DNA of 64,000 nt from Escherichia coli (GTDB lineage Bacteria; Pseudomonadota; Gammaproteobacteria; Enterobacterales; Enterobacteriaceae): assembly GCA_009729775.1 (NCBI GenBank), contig GCA_009729775.1_4081.1, one strand, 5' to 3'. Position 1 is the first letter of the stretch. Each line of letters starts with the position of its first letter. Of the stretch, positions 58,754-64,000 are shown piece after piece. The translations under genes and the position numbers were made by a program. The notes under the pieces are model-generated. The model was not told where the DNA came from, searched no databases, and worked only from the letters and a program-made list of their open reading frames with translations.

Positions 58754-58971
58754 GAGTACTGGTACGTTGTCGTTAGGGTAGGGACCATGTTTGTAATGGG
58801 CATGTTGTTAACAATAACCGTAACAGGCATAAGAATCGTCTCTTCTCTACTCTGTCCTGTCCTTGTGCAATTCATCTTTTGCATTTCATCTGAATCCATG
58901 AAATACAATACAAATGGTGCAATCCCAAGAACAATACACAAGACGATAAGGAAATTTAAAAAATTTAACAT
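58726..58971 (-). CDS. small membrane protein (start uncertain)
   Basis: 81 aa; hydrophobic N-terminus FLIVLCIVLGIAPFVLYF. Confidence 0.35.
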   Translation of the reverse strand: MLNFLNFLIVLCIVLGIAPFVLYFMDSDEMQKMNCTRTGQSREETILMPVTVIVNNMPITNMVPTLTTTYQYSCTDGERWR

Positions 58972-59030
58972 AATTTTTACCCTATGATTAACGTTAGTGT
59001 ACTATATCAGTAATGAAAAGTACTATCAAG

Positions 59031-59417
59031 CTAGTATTGCACTGTTCTAATGAAAGTGCCTGAACTCATGGATTTAAGCTTATGAACCTCTTCCTGTATA
59101 CCCTTGATTAACCCTAAAGGTATAGGTACATCATGTACTAAGCTGTACTGAAAGTATTCTTCTTCAGATAAAGTACTAACATCTGGAACTCCAATTTTAG
59201 TTAGATAATCTTGATGTGTTGACCAATAAATTATATCTTCAGTAGAATTGTACTCCCCATATACTGAACAATATTGATGAATATCTTTCCTGTACCCTTG
59301 AGCAATAAAGAACTTATCTACTGCATTACCAGCATTAATAGAATTCACTTCGATTGTCACAGTACTTGAGCTTGTATAACTCTTAATACTCAACTGTGTG
59401 TTCTTCATAATCACCAT
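59031..59417 (-). CDS. family A paralog
   Basis: motif SEEEYFQYSLVHD. Confidence 0.6.
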   Translation of the reverse strand: MVIMKNTQLSIKSYTSSSTVTIEVNSINAGNAVDKFFIAQGYRKDIHQYCSVYGEYNSTEDIIYWSTHQDYLTKIGVPDVSTLSEEEYFQYSLVHDVPIPLGLIKGIQEEVHKLKSMSSGTFIRTVQY

Positions 59418-59727
59418 TAGGCTCCTGTTTAGATTCTTTCATTAGTACTATCATCTTATGTACTAATGGCATAGGGAACTCTAAATCCCATACTAATGAT
59501 TCCTGGAAGTATTCCTCTGGTGATAAAGTACTTAAATCTTTAATATCAACGTGCTTGTATATTTTATTTTCGTAATTAACAAATGATATATATAAATCAC
59601 TAACATAAGAATCATAGGTAATTGTGAATGGCTTACCCTTGTAATCCATTACATCTCTACATAGACTACTTTTGATATATGTATGTTCAAATGATTTATA
59701 TACCTTGAGTTGTATATTAGTTTTCAT
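59383..59727 (-). CDS. family A paralog
   Basis: motif SPEEYFQESLVWD. Confidence 0.6.
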   Translation of the reverse strand: MKTNIQLKVYKSFEHTYIKSSLCRDVMDYKGKPFTITYDSYVSDLYISFVNYENKIYKHVDIKDLSTLSPEEYFQESLVWDLEFPMPLVHKMIVLMKESKQEPNGDYEEHTVEY

Positions 59728-59992
59728 ATTTCTCTTTATTAGCTTGTTTGGTTTTATAGTGAATTAAATCTATTAATGTAATCAAGTACAACTTCAAAAA
59801 GTACTCTTGATGGTTCGTACCTAATGATACAAAGAATTTATGCTCATAAATTAAAACCTGTTTCACTTCAAAAGGACACTTAATCCTCTGTATAGGTTTA
59901 AGTAAATGGTAGTACTTGTATAATCTATTATGCATTTCTAATTCAGATAGTACTTTCATATTAAACACATACTCCATTAGCTGTAGCATCAC
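59717..59992 (-). CDS. family B paralog
   Basis: motif FFVSLGTNHQEYFLKLYLITL. Confidence 0.55.
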   Translation of the reverse strand: MMLQLMEYVFNMKVLSELEMHNRLYKYYHLLKPIQRIKCPFEVKQVLIYEHKFFVSLGTNHQEYFLKLYLITLIDLIHYKTKQANKEKYEN

Positions 59993-60182
59993 GTAAAGCT
60001 GTCAAATACTTCTGTACTGCTTGCTCTTGCTTATTTGTACCTAAAAGTATATACATCCATAATTCACTGTAATGTACATCTTGTGTATAAGGGTTGTTGT
60101 AACTTTTTGATAATATAGCATCAAATTCAGATGCATGAACCCTTGTGAACTTAAGCATATCTTGTTGTGTTATGATTCTCAT
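59961..60182 (-). CDS. family B paralog
   Basis: motif YILLGTNKQEQAVQKYLTAL. Confidence 0.6.
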   Translation of the reverse strand: MRIITQQDMLKFTRVHASEFDAILSKSYNNPYTQDVHYSELWMYILLGTNKQEQAVQKYLTALRDATANGVCV

Positions 60183-60394
60183 ATCTTTTCCTGTATAAGC
60201 TTCTTAAGAATCTCAATATATGAATTAACAGTTCTCTCTTGATGCTGTGTTCCTAAGAGTGTCAGTACTATCATATCTGAACGCAAAAGATTTTTTTCAA
60301 GTTCACTTATATCAGTTCTTGAATCAAGTGCCATATATTTGTGATTATTCTTCCTGAATAGTGCCAAGTACTCTTGATTTGATATTTCCTTCAT
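60179..60394 (-). CDS. family B paralog
   Basis: motif VLTLLGTQHQERTVNSYIEIL. Confidence 0.6.
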   Translation of the reverse strand: MKEISNQEYLALFRKNNHKYMALDSRTDISELEKNLLRSDMIVLTLLGTQHQERTVNSYIEILKKLIQEKI

Positions 60395-60618
60395 AGTCTA
60401 TCCTTGATGCCATTTAAAAGTGCTCTAATATGCTCATTGACAAAACGCTCTTGGGAATCTGTGTTTAGAGTGAGAAGCATTCTTAAATCTGAACTTTTTA
60501 TATGATATTCTAAATCATTCTTTGATTCTCGCATAAGTTTCTGAAAGGATGAGAAGTGTAATCCCATGAGTTCAATGTATTCTGCTGTTCCTAGGGGTTT
60601 GTGTATATGTTTGTGCAT
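60391..60618 (-). CDS. family B paralog
   Basis: motif LLTLNTDSQERFVNEHIRAL. Confidence 0.55.
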   Translation of the reverse strand: MHKHIHKPLGTAEYIELMGLHFSSFQKLMRESKNDLEYHIKSSDLRMLLTLNTDSQERFVNEHIRALLNGIKDRL

Positions 60619-60830
60619 TTTAATTGTATTACCCTTTTGAGTGTATTAATGTAATTATACACATTGGCTTCTTGATAGTTAGTTCCTAGAGTAGCTTGAA
60701 CGTAGATTTCATTTAACTTAATGATTTTATCAGTATCTGGTAGTTTTGATGTGTTAATGGCAAATAACTTCAAAAACAGTCCATTTATGATTGTTAGGTA
60801 TTCTTCTTCTGTAATGATTTTCATTTGCAT
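60591..60830 (-). CDS. family B paralog
   Basis: motif VQATLGTNYQEANVYNYINTL. Confidence 0.6.
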   Translation of the reverse strand: MQMKIITEEEYLTIINGLFLKLFAINTSKLPDTDKIIKLNEIYVQATLGTNYQEANVYNYINTLKRVIQLKCTNIYTNP

Positions 60831-61036
60831 TTTCTCAGTACTGATTCTTTAAGTTCATTGATGTAGTCCTCAATGTATTGCTCTTGTAAGTTAGTTCCAA
60901 CATATAAAAGAACTCTTAAATCGGCTCTAAGTACTTCTTTGTCATCATCATCTATATCAGACAGTGTTATGTTTAAGAATTTACTTGCATTCTCTATAAG
61001 TAATATTACTGAATCACCTTCGCTTAAAATTTTCAT
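60821..61036 (-). CDS. family B paralog
   Basis: motif LLYVGTNLQEQYIEDYINEL. Confidence 0.6.
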   Translation of the reverse strand: MKILSEGDSVILLIENASKFLNITLSDIDDDDKEVLRADLRVLLYVGTNLQEQYIEDYINELKESVLRKCK

Positions 61037-61244
61037 AATCTCTTTTTGCTTTCCTCGCCAAAAGGTACATATACGATTCTTCGTATTGTGCTTGATAGTT
61101 TGTGTTTAAGAGTCGAAACAACTTCTGTTCTGCTAGAACGAGTTGCTTATCTTCATAACAACGATAGCGTATCAACTTTTTGTATTCGATGTTGATTACA
61201 TCCATTACTATAAGCCCATGTTCATCATCTGTCAAGTGTTTCAT
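61014..61244 (-). CDS. family B paralog
   Basis: motif FRLLNTNYQAQYEESYMYLL. Confidence 0.55.
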   Translation of the reverse strand: MKHLTDDEHGLIVMDVINIEYKKLIRYRCYEDKQLVLAEQKLFRLLNTNYQAQYEESYMYLLARKAKRDYENFKRR

Positions 61245-61470
61245 GTATCTTTTCCTTAATAGTGATTTTAAGAGATTTAATTATACGTTCAACGTGATAC
61301 TCCTGTCTATCAGTTCCAAGAAGGTATGGTAGTGCTTGGAATAGAGCTTCCGCATTCTTTTCCTCTGGGGTTTGGTTTGGATCATTAGGAAGTTGATTGG
61401 CATATCTCTTGGCACTAACTAATCTCTCGACGTATTCATTATATGTTAAGTATATCATTTCATTTTGCAT
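61225..61470 (-). CDS. family B paralog
   Basis: motif LPYLLGTDRQEYHVERIIKSL; close paralog of the next gene. Confidence 0.6.
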   Translation of the reverse strand: MQNEMIYLTYNEYVERLVSAKRYANQLPNDPNQTPEEKNAEALFQALPYLLGTDRQEYHVERIIKSLKITIKEKIHETLDR

Positions 61471-61696
61471 TTACTTTTTCCTTAATAGTAATTTTAAGAT
61501 ATTTAATTATACGTTCAATGTGATACTCTTGCCTATCAGTTCCAAGAAGGTATGGTAATCTTTGGAATAAAACTTCTGCACTCCTTTCTGCTGGGGTTTG
61601 GTTTGTGTTGTGAGGAAGTTTATTTGTAAGTCTTTTGGATTTATCTAGTCTTTCTGTTAACTCATCATGTGTTAAGTATATCATTTCCTTTTGCAT
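61460..61696 (-). CDS. family B paralog
   Basis: motif LPYLLGTDRQEYHIERIIKYL. Confidence 0.6.
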   Translation of the reverse strand: MQKEMIYLTHDELTERLDKSKRLTNKLPHNTNQTPAERSAEVLFQRLPYLLGTDRQEYHIERIIKYLKITIKEKVNAK

Positions 61697-61923
61697 TTAA
61701 TGTTCCTTACGTAAATTGTCTGGATTAAACAATCAATCCACGTTTGAATATATTGGTTTTGATACTGTGTGCCTAAAAGACTCTGCATTTTAAACTCTGC
61801 TTCAAGTTCATATCTCTTTTCTATAGAAAAGCTTAAATGACCATATTCCCTATCGTATCTTCTATGAGCTTCGCCAAGTCTATCAAATCTTTCTGATAAT
61901 CTGATGTTATTAATTTTATTCAT
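61681..61923 (-). CDS. family B paralog
   Basis: motif MQSLLGTQYQNQYIQTWIDCL. Confidence 0.6.
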   Translation of the reverse strand: MNKINNIRLSERFDRLGEAHRRYDREYGHLSFSIEKRYELEAEFKMQSLLGTQYQNQYIQTWIDCLIQTIYVRNIKCKRK

Positions 61924-62210
61924 CGCTCAGTACACCTTAGTGGACGGGTCATTTGATAAAAGTACAGCTTACCTCTGATTTCCATTAGTAATTCATTTAA
62001 TACGCGTTCTACCTCTTGTTCTTGATAGTTCGTGCCTAACAATGCACCCATCTTTAACTCACGCATCATAATCATCTTCTTACTGTGTTGAATTTCTGGG
62101 TTGTGATAGATTGTATTACGTTTAAGAGTAATTTTTGCCATACGCTCGGTATATTCATCTTTACTTAAATTAATCATTTTCATGTTAATTACCCTTACAT
62201 TTATTTTCAA
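61920..62210 (-). CDS. family B paralog
   Basis: motif MGALLGTNYQEQEVERVLNEL. Confidence 0.6.
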   Translation of the reverse strand: MKINVRVINMKMINLSKDEYTERMAKITLKRNTIYHNPEIQHSKKMIMMRELKMGALLGTNYQEQEVERVLNELLMEIRGKLYFYQMTRPLRCTER

Positions 62211-62415
62211 TACTATTCATGAGTTCTATAAGATAGTTTTCTACCTTACCTTCCTGATAGTTAGTCCCTAGGAAGTTGCACAACACGGCTTCTATAATTT
62301 TGATTTTCCTGATATCCGACTTCAATCTTTTGTTATTGAATATTTGAATCCTTATATCTCTGGATGCATTTAAACGTTTTTGATAGTCATGGTAAGTTAA
62401 ATGAATCATTTTCAT
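62185..62415 (-). CDS. family B paralog
   Basis: motif LCNFLGTNYQEGKVENYLIEL. Confidence 0.6.
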   Translation of the reverse strand: MKMIHLTYHDYQKRLNASRDIRIQIFNNKRLKSDIRKIKIIEAVLCNFLGTNYQEGKVENYLIELMNSIENKCKGN

Positions 62416-62630
62416 TTACGTTTAACCTCTCGCTGGAGGGCATCAATTAACATTAGTACAGCATTCTCTTGATAGTTTGTTCCTAAGACTGAAAGCATCT
62501 TTATCTCATTTACTAAAATCAACTTCTTTGAGGGTTCAATAATGTGACTATCATAAACGGCCTTACGTGCTGGATAAGTTTTCGCCAGTATAACATAAAA
62601 TTCGTCTTTACTTAAATTAATCATTTGCAT
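62412..62630 (-). CDS. family B paralog
   Basis: motif LSVLGTNYQENAVLMLIDAL. Confidence 0.6.
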   Translation of the reverse strand: MQMINLSKDEFYVILAKTYPARKAVYDSHIIEPSKKLILVNEIKMLSVLGTNYQENAVLMLIDALQREVKRK

Positions 62631-62839
62631 TTACTTTTAACCTCTTTCTGTAGAGCGTCAATCCATAGATCTACATACATTTGTTGATAGTTTGTGTCTA
62701 TTAGTGCACCTACATAGAGTTCAGCTACCATTGCGTGCTTTATGTCAATAGGGATGCTCTTATCAGATTGAATCTTTCTCCTTCTGCTTCCACATGTTTT
62801 CAGGAGCCTGATGTATTCAAAACCTTGTAAATTTCTCAT
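62621..62839 (-). CDS. family B paralog
   Basis: motif GALIDTNYQQMYVDLWIDAL. Confidence 0.55.
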   Translation of the reverse strand: MRNLQGFEYIRLLKTCGSRRRKIQSDKSIPIDIKHAMVAELYVGALIDTNYQQMYVDLWIDALQKEVKSKCK

Positions 62840-63051
62840 ATTTTGGATACCACCTTGTTACGTAAGGAACTTAATAATACGTCAGTGTAGATGTTTTGAT
62901 AGTTTGTTCCTACGAATGCACCCAACTTCATTTCAGCTATTATAACACATTTGTCCTCTTGTGCAATAGACTTGTCTAAAGAAATACTAACAACTTTCCC
63001 TCTTATAGTTTGTAACCTCCAATGATACTGATACTCATTAAGGATTATCAT
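62836..63051 (-). CDS. family B paralog
   Basis: motif GAFVGTNYQNIYTDVLLSSL. Confidence 0.6.
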   Translation of the reverse strand: MIILNEYQYHWRLQTIRGKVVSISLDKSIAQEDKCVIIAEMKLGAFVGTNYQNIYTDVLLSSLRNKVVSKI

Positions 63052-63298
63052 TCTCTCGTCTCCAGATTTCGGTTCTCATGTGTTGGCAGTGTGCATCAAT
63101 ATATTGCTCTATCGATCTGGCGATTGCTGTTTTATCAGTGCCTGTCATCAGTACAAGCATCTCTGCCTCACTATGAATTAAACGCATGATATCATAGGGT
63201 AATATTTCAGATACTGTATCATAGTGTTTGTGTGTCAGTGTCTGCAATAGTTTACAATACATTTTGTGATTTAGTCTTTGTCGCATTGTTTCTTCCAT
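63038..63298 (-). CDS. family B-like paralog (divergent)
   Basis: motif LVLMTGTDKTAIARSIEQYIDA. Confidence 0.45.
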   Translation of the reverse strand: MEETMRQRLNHKMYCKLLQTLTHKHYDTVSEILPYDIMRLIHSEAEMLVLMTGTDKTAIARSIEQYIDAHCQHMRTEIWRRENDNP

Positions 63299-63543
63299 TC
63301 TCTTCTGGCTTGACGGGTTTTTTCTGATATTTCGTTTCTCAATGCAGAGATATATCGTAGAGTGAACAGTTCTTGATAGTTAGTCCCTATGAATTTATTA
63401 AGATATACATCAGCGTTGACGATATCAGCTTCACGGGAATTATAAAGTTTATTGTTCGTGCGAAGGGTGTTTAGAAGAGAGAAGAGGGCAGTCTGATACT
63501 CAGTGCTTGATAAAGTTTTCATATTTTTCCACAATTCGTTCAT
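63271..63543 (-). CDS. family B paralog
   Basis: motif NKFIGTNYQELFTLRYISAL. Confidence 0.6.
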   Translation of the reverse strand: MNELWKNMKTLSSTEYQTALFSLLNTLRTNNKLYNSREADIVNADVYLNKFIGTNYQELFTLRYISALRNEISEKTRQARREWKKQCDKD

Positions 63544-63757
63544 TTAGTTTTATCTGTATAAGATCCATTAGTTGTTCAAGATAATCGGTACAATATTTCT
63601 CTTGATATTGGGTTCCCACAAAGTACAGCAACCATAGCTCATGAACTTTAACTTTCATCTCGTTCCATGAAAGTGCATCGTCATCGTAGATTACTCTTGC
63701 TTCTGGGGTGAGCTTTCTAACTCTAATTGAATATTCATCGTCAGTTAAGTGTTTCAT
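63500..63757 (-). CDS. family B paralog
   Basis: motif LLYFVGTQYQEKYCTDYLEQL. Confidence 0.6.
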   Translation of the reverse strand: MKHLTDDEYSIRVRKLTPEARVIYDDDALSWNEMKVKVHELWLLYFVGTQYQEKYCTDYLEQLMDLIQIKLNERIVEKYENFIKH

Positions 63758-63972
63758 TTACATTTATCCCTTATTAGATTTGTGAGGGCAACTATGTGTG
63801 CAACAACATACTCTTCCTGAAAGTTCGTCCCCAGTACAGCCATCATGCGTATATCGGTGGTGTTTATCCTGTGTTCCCTTACACATAAACCTTCTTTGTG
63901 AGGAAGTGTAAAATATTTGTTTATTGCAGCAATGACAATTTTATTCTTCTCGGTGATACTTAAATGTTTCAT
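63754..63972 (-). CDS. family B paralog
   Basis: motif MAVLGTNFQEEYVVAHIVAL. Confidence 0.6.
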   Translation of the reverse strand: MKHLSITEKNKIVIAAINKYFTLPHKEGLCVREHRINTTDIRMMAVLGTNFQEEYVVAHIVALTNLIRDKCK

Positions 63973-64000
63973 AGTTTACTCCTGATATAATTCTGAAGTG

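Noticed and set aside
59717-63972. CRISPR-like array suggested by a regular ~220-240 bp periodicity
   Set aside because: The repeating units are complete, diverged protein-coding ORFs with overlapping starts and stops, not short identical direct repeats separated by spacers.
1-64000. T4-type late promoters (TATAAATA) and mobile elements (integrase, transposase, homing endonuclease)
   Set aside because: No recurring exact TATAAATA at consistent distance upstream of genes (only loose TATATAA-like strings), and no ORF with recombinase, transposase or HNH/GIY-YIG motifs recognised.

Overview
This window reads as a very AT-rich, T4-like phage genome segment (most plausibly a large or jumbo myovirus), with almost every gene on the minus strand, tightly packed with ATGA-type start/stop overlaps, and bounded by hairpin-plus-T-tract terminators. 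Recognisable core genes are an HslV-like peptidase (partial at the window edge), two ClpP-type peptidases, dCMP deaminase, two metallophosphatases, ATP-dependent DNA ligase, polynucleotide kinase/3'-phosphatase, RNA ligase 1, an NMNAT/PPAT-like nucleotidyltransferase and a phage-type N6-adenine DNA methyltransferase. Everything was read by eye from the sequence and ORF track; no searches or counts were run. The most unusual content is in three places. (1) About 55 diversified paralogs (family A) carry an acidic 'EE-x-(Y/F)-FQ-x-S-(T/L)-(V/I)-(Y/H/W)-D' core and fill roughly 33-59.7 kb, with outliers back to 18.4 kb. (2) About 23 tandem ~75-aa paralogs (family B) carry an 'LLGT-N-Y-Q-E' core from 57.6 kb to the window end. 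(3) The palindrome CAGTACTG (core AGTACT, often TTCAGTACTGAA) recurs dozens of times in coding and non-coding DNA, in two reading frames, far above composition expectation. Also notable are a GC-rich non-coding island at 26.6-27.1 kb and an 82-bp duplication with a chimeric gene fragment near 50.1 kb. Functions of families A, B and C are unknown. ORF-track coordinates are used except where a start was trimmed to resolve an overlap. Promoter calls are weak.
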